From: Capsulimonadales bacterium | GTDB taxonomy: Bacteria > Armatimonadota > Armatimonadia > Armatimonadales > Armatimonadaceae | Direction: 5' to 3' | Assembly (NCBI GenBank): GCA_033762295.1 | Contig: JANRLW010000011.1 | Span: 1-37,751 of the forward strand | Length of the DNA stretch: 37,751 nucleotides | Part shown: piece by piece, positions 26,742-35,942 of the stretch | Position numbering within the stretch: position 1 is the first letter of the stretch | How the letters are laid out: the number at the start of each line of letters is the position of its first letter | Notes under the pieces: generated by a model | Databases searched by the model: none | What the model was told of the DNA's origin: nothing | Seen by the model: the letters and a program-made list of their open reading frames with translations, nothing else | Program-made: the position numbers and the translations under genes

Positions 26742-28067
26742 GTGCTGACGATTCGAGGCAACAAGCATCCTTTTTGCGACGGAGTCTCCCGTCGCGAGTT
26801 CCTGACCATCGGTGGCCTGGCGCTGGGCGGACTCTCCCTTCCCCAGTTGCTGGCGGCGGAAGCGCGCGCCGGAGTGAAGCGCAATCACAAAGCGGTGATC
26901 ATGGTCTACCTGCCCGGCGGACCCTCGCATCAGGATATGTTCGACCTGAAGCCCGATGCGCCGTCCGATATTCGCGGCGAGTTCAAACCGATCAAAACCA
27001 ACGTTCCCGGCATCGAGATCTGTGAACATATGCCGAAGATCGCGGCGATGATGGACAAATTCACCATCATCCGGTCCATGGTCGGCACCCGCGACGAACA
27101 CGATTCCCATATCTGCATGAGCGGCTATTCGGTGGCGGAGACCAATCAGAACCATGCCCCCTGCCTCGGTTCCGTCCTCTCGCGCCTCGAAGGTCCGTCC
27201 GACCGGACCGTTCCCCCTTTCATCGGTCTTCAGGGCAAAGCGGGCCATATGGAATGGGCGGACCCCGGCGACGCCGGTTTCCTCGGACTGGCGCATGCCG
27301 CGCTTCGTCCTCAGGGGGAGATCATGGCGGACATGACGCTCTCCGATATCAGCCTCGACCGTCTCGCCCATCGACGCCAGCTGCTCGCCAGTTTCGACCG
27401 GTTCCGACGCGGTGTCGATTCGCTGAAAAGCATCGATGCGCTCAACCGACAGGCGTTCGATATCCTTACCTCGAGCAAGCTGGCAAAAGCTCTGGATGTC
27501 ACCAGGGAGGACCCGAAGGTCCGTGCGCGATACGGAAAAGGCCGGATGGAACCGGTCGATGACGGACTGCCGCTGATCAACGACCAGTTCCTGGCCGCTC
27601 GCCGTCTGGTGGAGGCCGGAGCGCGCTGCGTTACGATCGGATATGGGCGCTGGGACTATCACAACGATAACTTCGGCCAGTTGAAGTCGTACCTCCCGAT
27701 GCTCGATTCCGCCCTGACCGCCCTGGTTCAGGACCTTCACGACCGGGGGATGCAAAACGATGTCTCGGTCGTCGTCTGGGGAGAGTTCGGCCGTTCTCCA
27801 CGCATCAACAAGGACGGCGGACGGGAACACTGGCCGCGCGCCTCTTTCGCCCTTCTGGCGGGGGGCGGGATGCGCAACGGACAGGTGATCGGATCGACTA
27901 ACCGGCTCGGCGAGGAACCCGACGAACGTCCGATCGATTACAAGGATGTTTTCGTTACCCTCTATCACAATCTGGGTATCGATATCGTCAACACGGCGGT
28001 GCCCGATATCACCGGTAGACCGAACTATCTGTACGCCGGTCATGAACCGATCCGCGAGTTGATCTGA
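26742..28067 (+). CDS. DUF1501 family protein with twin-arginine motif
   Basis: SRREFL, GGPSHQDMFDLKP, ARRLVEAG, WDYH, WGEFGRSPRIN...GREHWP; GTG start inferred. Confidence 0.9.
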   Translation: MLTIRGNKHPFCDGVSRREFLTIGGLALGGLSLPQLLAAEARAGVKRNHKAVIMVYLPGGPSHQDMFDLKPDAPSDIRGEFKPIKTNVPGIEICEHMPKIAAMMDKFTIIRSMVGTRDEHDSHICMSGYSVAETNQNHAPCLGSVLSRLEGPSDRTVPPFIGLQGKAGHMEWADPGDAGFLGLAHAALRPQGEIMADMTLSDISLDRLAHRRQLLASFDRFRRGVDSLKSIDALNRQAFDILTSSKLAKALDVTREDPKVRARYGKGRMEPVDDGLPLINDQFLAARRLVEAGARCVTIGYGRWDYHNDNFGQLKSYLPMLDSALTALVQDLHDRGMQNDVSVVVWGEFGRSPRINKDGGREHWPRASFALLAGGGMRNGQVIGSTNRLGEEPDERPIDYKDVFVTLYHNLGIDIVNTAVPDITGRPNYLYAGHEPIRELI

Positions 28068-29401
28068 TGCCCGGCGTCGCTCCGCCCCCGTCCTACCGGA
28101 ACGAGGTGGAACCGATCCTTCGGACCGCCTGCCTGGGTTGTCACGCCGCGCCGATGCCGGCAGGCGGTTTCGCGGTCGCCTCCTTCGCCGAGTTGATGAA
28201 AGGCGGCAAGTCCGGTCCGGCCATCGTCCCCGGCAAAAGCGACGCCAGCCGACTGGTTCGGATGCTGACCGGCGAAACCAAACCGCAAATGCCGCCGGTC
28301 GGCGCACTCAAGGCGAGCGATATCGACATCATCCGCCGCTGGGTCGATGCCGGGGCCAAAGCGGATACCGCTCCGAACGCAGCGGGCAAACTCGTGGCGA
28401 GTTCAAACCGCGTCGCCCCCTCCTCCCGCGCCCCGGTTCCGAAATCTCCGCCCCTGCCCCGTCCTCTGGGGGTTCTTCGACGCCGGACGGCCGCGCCGGT
28501 CACCGCACTGGCGTTCAGCCCGGATGGGAAGATTCTCGCCGTCGGCACCTACCGGCGCGTTCTGCTCTGTGACCCGACAACGCGCCGGGTAAAGTCGGTC
28601 TGGGACGGCATGCCCGATCAGGTACGGTCGCTGGCCTTTTCCCCGGACGGTCGCTGGCTCGCCGCCGGTTCCGGAATCAGCGGAGCGTACGGCGAGGTGC
28701 TGCTCCGCTCCGTCACTTCACCGGAAAAGCCCCGCGCCCTCCGACTGCAGACCGATGCGGTCACCGCAGTCGCGTTCTCTCCGGATGGGAAAACACTCGC
28801 CGCCGCCAGCATGGACCGATCCGTTCAGGTCTGGGAGATGCCGACCGGCAAGCCGCTCCGGACCCTTCGCGATCACGCCGATGCCGTGCTCGGACTCTCT
28901 TTCCGGGCGGACGGAAAATTCCTCGCCACCTGCGGGGCGGATCGAACCGTCAAAGTCTGGGAAACGTCGACCTGGCGTCGAGCCTACTCGATCGCGGCGC
29001 ACGACGAACCGGTGACCGCCGTCGCTTTCGGCACCGGCGACAGTCCGCTGGTCTCCGCCTCCTCCGATCGCTCGGTCAAGGTATGGAACTTCGCCGCCGA
29101 CAACAGCAGCCACGCCCGAACCATCGGCGGCCATTCGCACGGAGTGCAGGCTATTGCCCTGTCCCCGGATGGTCAGACGGTCGCCAGCGGATCGGCCGAT
29201 CGATCGATCCGGGTGCGGAAGATCGCGGACGGTTCGGAGGTCGCCGCCTTTACCGATGCGACCGACTGGGTGTACTGCGTTCGTTTCCATCCGGACGGGA
29301 AACAACTGGTCGCCGGAACCTGGGACGGCAACGTCCTTTTCCGCGACATCGCCACCAAAAAGTCCGAGGGCAACCTTTCGACCGTCACTGCCGGACCATG
29401 A
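28067..29401 (+). CDS. Planctomycete-type cytochrome c domain + WD40 beta-propeller protein
   Basis: PILRTACLGCH, GGKSGPAIVPGK...S.L, QMPP, IRRWVDAGA; about seven WD40 repeats. Confidence 0.88.
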   Translation: MPGVAPPPSYRNEVEPILRTACLGCHAAPMPAGGFAVASFAELMKGGKSGPAIVPGKSDASRLVRMLTGETKPQMPPVGALKASDIDIIRRWVDAGAKADTAPNAAGKLVASSNRVAPSSRAPVPKSPPLPRPLGVLRRRTAAPVTALAFSPDGKILAVGTYRRVLLCDPTTRRVKSVWDGMPDQVRSLAFSPDGRWLAAGSGISGAYGEVLLRSVTSPEKPRALRLQTDAVTAVAFSPDGKTLAAASMDRSVQVWEMPTGKPLRTLRDHADAVLGLSFRADGKFLATCGADRTVKVWETSTWRRAYSIAAHDEPVTAVAFGTGDSPLVSASSDRSVKVWNFAADNSSHARTIGGHSHGVQAIALSPDGQTVASGSADRSIRVRKIADGSEVAAFTDATDWVYCVRFHPDGKQLVAGTWDGNVLFRDIATKKSEGNLSTVTAGP

Positions 29402-31386
29402 AACGATTTATTGTCCGTCTCGGGACGCTTTTTCCGATCCTTGTCTGGACGGCGACGGCGTTGGCACAAACGCTCCGCCCCACGATTTCGACCGTCACTC
29501 CGACGGGCGGACAGCGGGGAACGACCGTGACGTTCGCCCTGCGCGGCATCAACCTCGGTTACGGCACGGCGGTTCTGGTCGACGGTCCGGGCCTGATCGT
29601 CGAATCCGTCGCTCCGGAGACGCCGCCGGCCGGTTCCCGTAATCCCGACAGCAAAATCGACGTTCGTCTTCGTATCGCGGCCGAGACGCCGCCGGGCCGT
29701 TACCCGATTCGCGTCCTGACACCGTTCGGCCCATCCACCACCGGGTACCTCTGCGTCGGAGAGTGGCCGCAGGTGGCGGAAAAGGAACCGAACAACACGC
29801 CGGTCGAATCTCAGCCCGTTTCCGGAACGGTCACCGTGGAAGGGCGCATCGATGGCAATGAGGATGTCGACCTTTTCCGGATCACGTTGAAAAAGGGCCA
29901 GTCGATCGTCTGTTCGGCGGAGGCGGGCAGCATCGGGTCGGCGTTAACCCCGGTTTTGACCCTCAGGAACGCCCGGAAGGCGGAGTGCGCGTTCGGCGCA
30001 GCGCTCAGTCGTTCCGATACGCTGGTATCGTACACGGCCACCGAAGCGGGCGACTACTTCCTGACCCTCAGCGACCTGCGCTATCAGGGTGGGGCGAACC
30101 ACTTCTATCGTCTGACCATCGGCGATGTTCCCGGCGTCACCGGTGTCTTTCCGCTCGGAGGCCGCGCCGGTACCCTGGTCCCTCTGACCCTTTCCGGGGT
30201 GAACCTGCCCGTGAGCGCCAGCCGTCCGATCTCCGTTCCGGTTGAGATTCCGAACGAACCACTGCCGCTTCCGGACTCCGGCAACCGTCGGTTTGCGGTC
30301 GGAACGCTGCCCGAAGTCACGGAGAACGAACGAAACGACACTCCGGGAACTGCGACGGCCGTTGCCGTCCCCTCGGTCGTGAATGGTCGAATCCACCTTC
30401 CGTACTCCACCGCGCCGGATGTCGATTGCTTTCGGTTCTCGGCGATGAAGGGTCAGGTGATTCTGCTGGAGGTGGCCGCGTCCCGCCTGGGAACGCCGCT
30501 CGATCCGGTGTTGACCGTCCTGGACGGCACCGGGAAAACGCTCGTGGAGAATGACGACGCGAACGGTCGGGACTCCGCCCTGACCTTTACCGCCCCGGAG
30601 ACCGGCGAGTACACCGCCCGTCTCGCCGATGTCGCCGGACGAGCGGGCGACGGTTTCGCCTACCGACTGACCATCGCGCCGCCTACCCCCGACTTTACCC
30701 TTTCCTTCAGCCCGGACTGTCTGGCGGTCGGCCCCGGTGACTGCATACCGCTTACGGTCACCGCTCAACGAAAACACGGATTCGACGGCGAGATCGCTCT
30801 CCGTACGGACGGCTTGCCGAACGGTCTCCGCCTGCAGGGCGTTCACATTCTGAAACCGGGGCAGAACGCCGTCACGCTTTTTGCCCTGGCGGCCACGGAC
30901 GGGACGCCCGCCGCGGGCCGTCTTCGTATTGTCGGAACGGCGACGGTGAACGGTACGACCGTCGAACGGACCGCCGGGAGCGTCGAGGTGAACTATCTTC
31001 GGGAAAACGATCAGATCAAACCGTCGATGAAGCCGGTGCCGTTACCGGTCGCGGCGGTCACCGGGCCATCTGATCTTGTCCTGGTCGTTCCTCCGGAGCG
31101 GATCGTGTTGAAGGTCGGCGGAACCGTCGCTTTGAAAGTGTCCGTTCGGCGTAAGGACGATTTTTCGGCGAAGATTCCGGTGCTCGTCCAGGGCTTACCC
31201 GCAGGTGTGTCGGTGTCCGGCAATGAGATCGCTGAAAAGGCGACCGAGGCGACCCTTACGTTCAAGGCGGAGGCCGGCGCGGCTCCGGGCGAAATCTCTC
31301 TGATTGTCGTCGGTCGCAGTCAGGTCGACGAACTCCGCTTTACCGACCATGCGGCCCTTCCGATCTCGCTCATGATCGAAAAATGA
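29398..31386 (+). CDS. Secreted PPC (pre-peptidase C-terminal) domain protein
   Basis: Signal peptide MKRFIVRLGTLFPILVWTATALA; PTGGQRG, EKEPNN, DVDLFR, LDPVL...ENDD; ATGA overlap with the upstream gene. Confidence 0.8.
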   Translation: MKRFIVRLGTLFPILVWTATALAQTLRPTISTVTPTGGQRGTTVTFALRGINLGYGTAVLVDGPGLIVESVAPETPPAGSRNPDSKIDVRLRIAAETPPGRYPIRVLTPFGPSTTGYLCVGEWPQVAEKEPNNTPVESQPVSGTVTVEGRIDGNEDVDLFRITLKKGQSIVCSAEAGSIGSALTPVLTLRNARKAECAFGAALSRSDTLVSYTATEAGDYFLTLSDLRYQGGANHFYRLTIGDVPGVTGVFPLGGRAGTLVPLTLSGVNLPVSASRPISVPVEIPNEPLPLPDSGNRRFAVGTLPEVTENERNDTPGTATAVAVPSVVNGRIHLPYSTAPDVDCFRFSAMKGQVILLEVAASRLGTPLDPVLTVLDGTGKTLVENDDANGRDSALTFTAPETGEYTARLADVAGRAGDGFAYRLTIAPPTPDFTLSFSPDCLAVGPGDCIPLTVTAQRKHGFDGEIALRTDGLPNGLRLQGVHILKPGQNAVTLFALAATDGTPAAGRLRIVGTATVNGTTVERTAGSVEVNYLRENDQIKPSMKPVPLPVAAVTGPSDLVLVVPPERIVLKVGGTVALKVSVRRKDDFSAKIPVLVQGLPAGVSVSGNEIAEKATEATLTFKAEAGAAPGEISLIVVGRSQVDELRFTDHAALPISLMIEK

Positions 31387-31398
31387 AAACCGTGCGGA

Positions 31399-32235
31399 TT
31401 ACCCCCGGGATGGTTCCTTCATGCGCTCACGCGCGGCACGCGCCAGTTCCGCCAGATGGCCGTCATTGGCCATGACCTGTTCCAGGTGGCGCATCCGTTC
31501 CGGGGTGGCGGTCTCGACCATCGCTTCCCCGTAGGCGCGTTCGATCCAGAACCGCGCCGCCCCGGCGAGGTAATCCCGCAGTTCGCCGATCTTCTCCTCC
31601 GGATACCGCTGACACAGGTTGATCGTGAACATACGGCGACGCGATCCCCCGCCAAACGCCGCGTGTTTCAGGTTATGGTGGAACACCACGATATCCCCCG
31701 GAAACGTTTCCAGGGCGACGGCGGGAAGGTCGTCGCCACGCAGTCCCCATAGTTCCCGGCTCTTTCCGATTTCGCGTTGCAACTGTTCGGCATACGGTTC
31801 CCCGATCCGATGGCTGCCGGGAATGACGCGCAGAGCGCCGGTTTCGCGGGTCAAAGGGTCGAGGTAGAACGCGATCTTGATATGGCGAATTTCCGGGTGC
31901 CAGCCGTCGGAGTGCCAGCCCGTGTCGCCGACGTAGTAGTTTCCGTCGCTCCCCATGTAGTTGAAATCGTCGCCGCAGAGTCCCTGAGCGATGGCCAGAA
32001 TGCGGGGATCGTCGATCAGGCTCGCAAGCCTCGGGTCCTGGTCGATGAACGGAACGATACACGAACGCGCGACGCCGTCGTGCGGCTTGCCGTGGTGACC
32101 GCCCCCGTGCGACGTCCAGACCTCTTCGAACACTGTCTGAATCTCACGGATCCGATCGGACAGAAGGCTGGGAAACCCGAGAAACCCGAAGGTTTCGAAA
32201 AACCGTAACTCCGCGTCCGAAAGAACCTTTACCAT
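31399..32235 (-). CDS. Phytanoyl-CoA dioxygenase (PhyH) family Fe(II)/2-oxoglutarate dioxygenase
   Basis: WHSD, GALRVIPGSH, PGDIVVF...LKH...RR. Confidence 0.88.
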   Translation of the reverse strand: MVKVLSDAELRFFETFGFLGFPSLLSDRIREIQTVFEEVWTSHGGGHHGKPHDGVARSCIVPFIDQDPRLASLIDDPRILAIAQGLCGDDFNYMGSDGNYYVGDTGWHSDGWHPEIRHIKIAFYLDPLTRETGALRVIPGSHRIGEPYAEQLQREIGKSRELWGLRGDDLPAVALETFPGDIVVFHHNLKHAAFGGGSRRRMFTINLCQRYPEEKIGELRDYLAGAARFWIERAYGEAMVETATPERMRHLEQVMANDGHLAELARAARERMKEPSRG

Positions 32236-32255
32236 CGATATCCTCCCCGCCTGTG

Positions 32256-33311
32256 TCAGTCGGTAGGGCCGCCGAACTCGTTATTGACCGCCTGAACCAG
32301 CGCTTTCATATACGCGATCGAATAGGCCAGACCGGGTCGATAGCCGCCGATCATCTGCGGAATGTGATCCGGAATGATCGCACCGTCAAATCCGACCTCT
32401 CGCAGGGCACGCATGACGAGATGCATATCCTGATATCCGTCGTCGATAAAGGTCTCCTGCCAAGGTTCCGGCATCGGATTGCTGACGTTCCGGAAGTGCA
32501 CCTTGAAAAGTTTCCTCCGTTCACCGAAATACCGGATCGCCTCGATGACGTCGCCTCCCATTCCCTCCGGACCGCCTTCCAGCCAGCAGCCGATGCACAG
32601 GCAGACGCCGATATTCGGGCTATTCGCCATCTCGATCGCCCGCCGGTATCCGGCGAACGTGCCGAAAACACAACGGGGAATGCCGCCGAGGGCATAGACG
32701 GGCGGGTCATCCGGATGGATTCCGACGAACACCCCCGCCTCTTCCGCGACCGGCGCGACCCGCCGGATCATGTATTCGAAGTTGTCCCAGATCTCGTCCT
32801 CGGTGTACGGGCGTCCGTGGGTCAGTTCGCCTTCGAAAACCTTATCGATCCAGTAACCGCGCGCCTGTCGAATATCCAGGGACCGTGCGGAGACCCCGCC
32901 CCGGCCCTCGACATGTCCGGTACTCCAGATTCCGTTGCCCATGTGGGCGTACGTATGGTATTTGATTCCCGCTTTCCCCAGGTTTCGGAGGAATTGGCAG
33001 AGTTCTTCGATCTTTTCATCGCGCCCCGGCAGTCCCAGGGTGATCTCGGGAACGTTATGAACGGCGTGGTTCGCGATCCGGTAGACCTGTATGCCGAACG
33101 CGTCGAGACGCTCGCGCACACCGAGGTAGTTTTCAACGGTATGGTGTGCCGGTTCGTTGAAGTTGACCATCGCCCAGTCGACGCCGACTTGCTGCAGGAA
33201 CCGGAGATCCTCATCGGAAGCGGTGTAGGAGACCGACGTTCCGATCCCGATTCCCGGACGCGAGCCGAAAAGCCCGGGAACCGCTCGCAACGGATAGGGA
33301 TAGGACTTCAT
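32256..33311 (-). CDS. Mannonate dehydratase (UxuA) family protein
   Basis: GIHPDDPP, VHFRNV, ETFIDDG..DM, IIPDHIP; ATG 33311 behind AAGGAGG. Confidence 0.85.
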   Translation of the reverse strand: MKSYPYPLRAVPGLFGSRPGIGIGTSVSYTASDEDLRFLQQVGVDWAMVNFNEPAHHTVENYLGVRERLDAFGIQVYRIANHAVHNVPEITLGLPGRDEKIEELCQFLRNLGKAGIKYHTYAHMGNGIWSTGHVEGRGGVSARSLDIRQARGYWIDKVFEGELTHGRPYTEDEIWDNFEYMIRRVAPVAEEAGVFVGIHPDDPPVYALGGIPRCVFGTFAGYRRAIEMANSPNIGVCLCIGCWLEGGPEGMGGDVIEAIRYFGERRKLFKVHFRNVSNPMPEPWQETFIDDGYQDMHLVMRALREVGFDGAIIPDHIPQMIGGYRPGLAYSIAYMKALVQAVNNEFGGPTD

Positions 33312-33338
33312 CGCAACATCCCTCCTTGGATGTACCAT

Positions 33339-35777
33339 TCAATGGTTGAAAAGGAACTCTTTTGAATTCAACAGCGCCCACAAAATGTCCTCCGCTTCCT
33401 TGCGTCGATCTTTGGCTGCCGCGAGGTTTACGAGGGCGTCCAGCCTTTCCTCCTCGGTCGGATAGCGTGACAGGGCGGCCAGGTACAGTTCCTCGATCAG
33501 GAGGTTGTCCGGCGTTTTGGCTCCGATCAGGCGCGCGACCCGGCCGTTCTCGGACGCGAGGCGTGCATTGATGTTCTTCCCGTTGACGAAATGAAGCACC
33601 TGACTCAGGTTCGGCGCATCGATCCGTTCACACTGGCAGACGATGTTTCGGGCCGGTCGTCCGAACAGGTCGAGGAAGTAGGACTGGGCGGTGGTATCGG
33701 GCAGTTCCGTGGCGCGAAGACCGGCGGGATACCCGCCGAATTTCTCCGGTACGCCGGTTGCCACGGTCAAAGCGTCGAGGAGCGGTTCGGCGGGAACGCG
33801 TTTGACAAAAAATCGGGAGTAGTATTTCGTATCGGCGGCGTTCGTCGGCGTCTCGATGGCGGAGCGCTGGTAAGCGTCCGAAACCATGATCGTGCGGATC
33901 AGACGGCGGACATCGTAACCGTTGCGGACGAAATCCTTCGCCAGGTAATCGAGCAGTTCGGGGTTGGTCGGCGGGTTCGTGACGCGCAGGTCGTCCACCG
34001 GTTCCGCCAGTCCCTGCCCCATAAAATGTTTCCAGATCCGGTTGACCAGAATGCGGGCGAAAAACGGATTGTCGGGACCGGTCAGCCAATCCGCCAGAGC
34101 GCGGCGACGGTCTCCGGCGAAAGTCGCGGGCAGAGGCGTGGCGTCGAGAGCGGCCGGGGTCACCGCCTGTTTCGTCCTCGGGTGGGTTACGTCTCCGGTT
34201 CCCGCGGTATGGATTACTTTTTCATCCGGGTTCGCTCCGTCCTTGGTTCGAACCCGGGCGAAGAACGCCGCCAGTCGGTAGTACTGATCCTGCTTCCAGC
34301 GTTCGTAGGGATGGTTGTGGCAACGGGCGCACTGAATGCGGACCCCGAGGAAGACCTGCGCGGTCGTTTCGGTGAGCGCTTCCGGGCCGGCCGACGCCCG
34401 ATAGTAGTTTGCGGGGCCGTTATCGAACGTGCTCCCGCTCGCCAGCACCAGTTCCCGCGTCAGACGGTTCCAGGGCTTGTTGGTGGCGACGCTATCCCGA
34501 AGCCACCGGTTGAACGCGATCAGGCCCTTGTCTCCCAGAGCGTTCCGCGAACTCCGAAGAATATCTCCCCAGCGCAGGGTCCAGTAGTCCGTGTATTCCG
34601 GTCGCTCGAAGAGGGCGTCGACCAGTTTCTCCCGTTTCTGCGGATCACGATCGGCAAGGAAGGCGCGAACGGTGTCCGCCTCGGGCAGCGTTCCGATGAG
34701 ATCGAGATAGGCGCGGCGAAGAAAATCCGCATCCGAGCAACGGGACGACGGCTGAAGCCCCAGACCGGCCAGTTTCCTGAGGAGGATGCGGTCGAGAGGG
34801 GTGTTCCCTTTCGGAACCGTTCGCAGGGGCGGAGCGAACGGGGAAACGATCGTCGACGTGGTGACCAGGTCGCGATAACGGACCAGAACCGCCCCCTCCC
34901 CTTTCCCGGTCACCGTGGCCGTTCCGTCCGGCGTAACACTGACAACCGTGCTGTCGCTCCCGCTGAACAGCGTCTCCGAGGTGACATCCCGACGCGTTCC
35001 GTCGGAAAAGCGGGCGAGGACACGAAAACGCTGACGTCCCCCGACCGGGAGCGTGCGAACGGCCGGAACGGCGTCCAGCCCGAGGACCTCCGGTTCGCCC
35101 GCCTTCGGACCGGGCATTCCGGCCCGGATCCAGTCCGCCAGCAGCCGATACTCCGGAGAACCGGCTTCGAGCGCCCTGCCGCCGCGATGCGGCACCGCCA
35201 TCGTCGGTTTACGGAGCAGCAGACTGTTTTCCGGCTGTGCGGGATTCACCCGCCGTGCGCCCGCCGCGCGGGTAATCGACTCATGGTCGGCGTCCGGATC
35301 GTATCCCTGGAGGGAAAGCCGGAACCCGCCTTTTCCGGAGGCCGCGCCATGACAGCCACCCATGTTACACCCGGAGCGGGTCAGGACCGGGAGGACGTCC
35401 GTGACGAATCGAGGGGCCGGATCGGCAACGAGTCCGGTGACCTGCACCGGCACCGTCAGTTCGCGGTCGTCCTTTCGGATAGTGACGGACGTTTCGCCGT
35501 TTCGCAATCCCCGAACGGTTCCGTCCGTAATCCGCACCACGGTCGGATCGGCAATGCGAAACCGAACGGCGTCGGAAACATCCCGTACCGCCGTCCCCTG
35601 GCGATCCTCCACCAGGAAGCGATAGGAGGCATACGGTCCCGCCAGGCGAACGACCGACTCCGCACCGGTCAATGCCAGCCCGTTTCCGGAGGGATGGGCG
35701 GACGTAAACTGCGTCAGGAACAGAAGGAGCGCAAGGACGGTCGAAGCGACGACGGTTTTTACGGGAACGGCTGTCAT
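33339..35777 (-). CDS. DUF1549/DUF1553 domain protein with Ig-like domains
   Basis: Signal peptide; GCNMGGCHG..GKGGFRLSL, FLRRAYLDLIG.LP, IQCARCHNHP.E.W, NRIW...MG.G..EPVDD, WALLNSKEFLFNH. Confidence 0.9.
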   Translation of the reverse strand: MTAVPVKTVVASTVLALLLFLTQFTSAHPSGNGLALTGAESVVRLAGPYASYRFLVEDRQGTAVRDVSDAVRFRIADPTVVRITDGTVRGLRNGETSVTIRKDDRELTVPVQVTGLVADPAPRFVTDVLPVLTRSGCNMGGCHGAASGKGGFRLSLQGYDPDADHESITRAAGARRVNPAQPENSLLLRKPTMAVPHRGGRALEAGSPEYRLLADWIRAGMPGPKAGEPEVLGLDAVPAVRTLPVGGRQRFRVLARFSDGTRRDVTSETLFSGSDSTVVSVTPDGTATVTGKGEGAVLVRYRDLVTTSTIVSPFAPPLRTVPKGNTPLDRILLRKLAGLGLQPSSRCSDADFLRRAYLDLIGTLPEADTVRAFLADRDPQKREKLVDALFERPEYTDYWTLRWGDILRSSRNALGDKGLIAFNRWLRDSVATNKPWNRLTRELVLASGSTFDNGPANYYRASAGPEALTETTAQVFLGVRIQCARCHNHPYERWKQDQYYRLAAFFARVRTKDGANPDEKVIHTAGTGDVTHPRTKQAVTPAALDATPLPATFAGDRRRALADWLTGPDNPFFARILVNRIWKHFMGQGLAEPVDDLRVTNPPTNPELLDYLAKDFVRNGYDVRRLIRTIMVSDAYQRSAIETPTNAADTKYYSRFFVKRVPAEPLLDALTVATGVPEKFGGYPAGLRATELPDTTAQSYFLDLFGRPARNIVCQCERIDAPNLSQVLHFVNGKNINARLASENGRVARLIGAKTPDNLLIEELYLAALSRYPTEEERLDALVNLAAAKDRRKEAEDILWALLNSKEFLFNH

Positions 35778-35889
35778 AGCGTTACCTCAGTCGATGTCCG
35801 GATCGACCGGAGCGAAATACGAAAGCCCGGTAGGGGGTCTTTCGAATTGTATCCCAAAAGCCGCCGAAATTCCGGTAAATCCGAAACGG

Positions 35890-35922
35890 AAAAACCGGAG
35901 AGCGATAAGACGCTCTCCGGTT
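35890..35922 (-). terminator. Rho-independent terminator of the IPT/TIG gene
   Basis: CCGGAGAGCG-ATAAGA-CGCTCTCCGG stem followed by TTTTT on the minus strand. Confidence 0.75.
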
Positions 35923-35942
35923 CGTGCCCAACTTTCCGCGTT

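Noticed and set aside
29376..29499. 14-bp direct repeat TTTCGACCGTCACT (29376, 29486)
   Set aside because: Both copies are coding (STVT) with no element between them; likely chance
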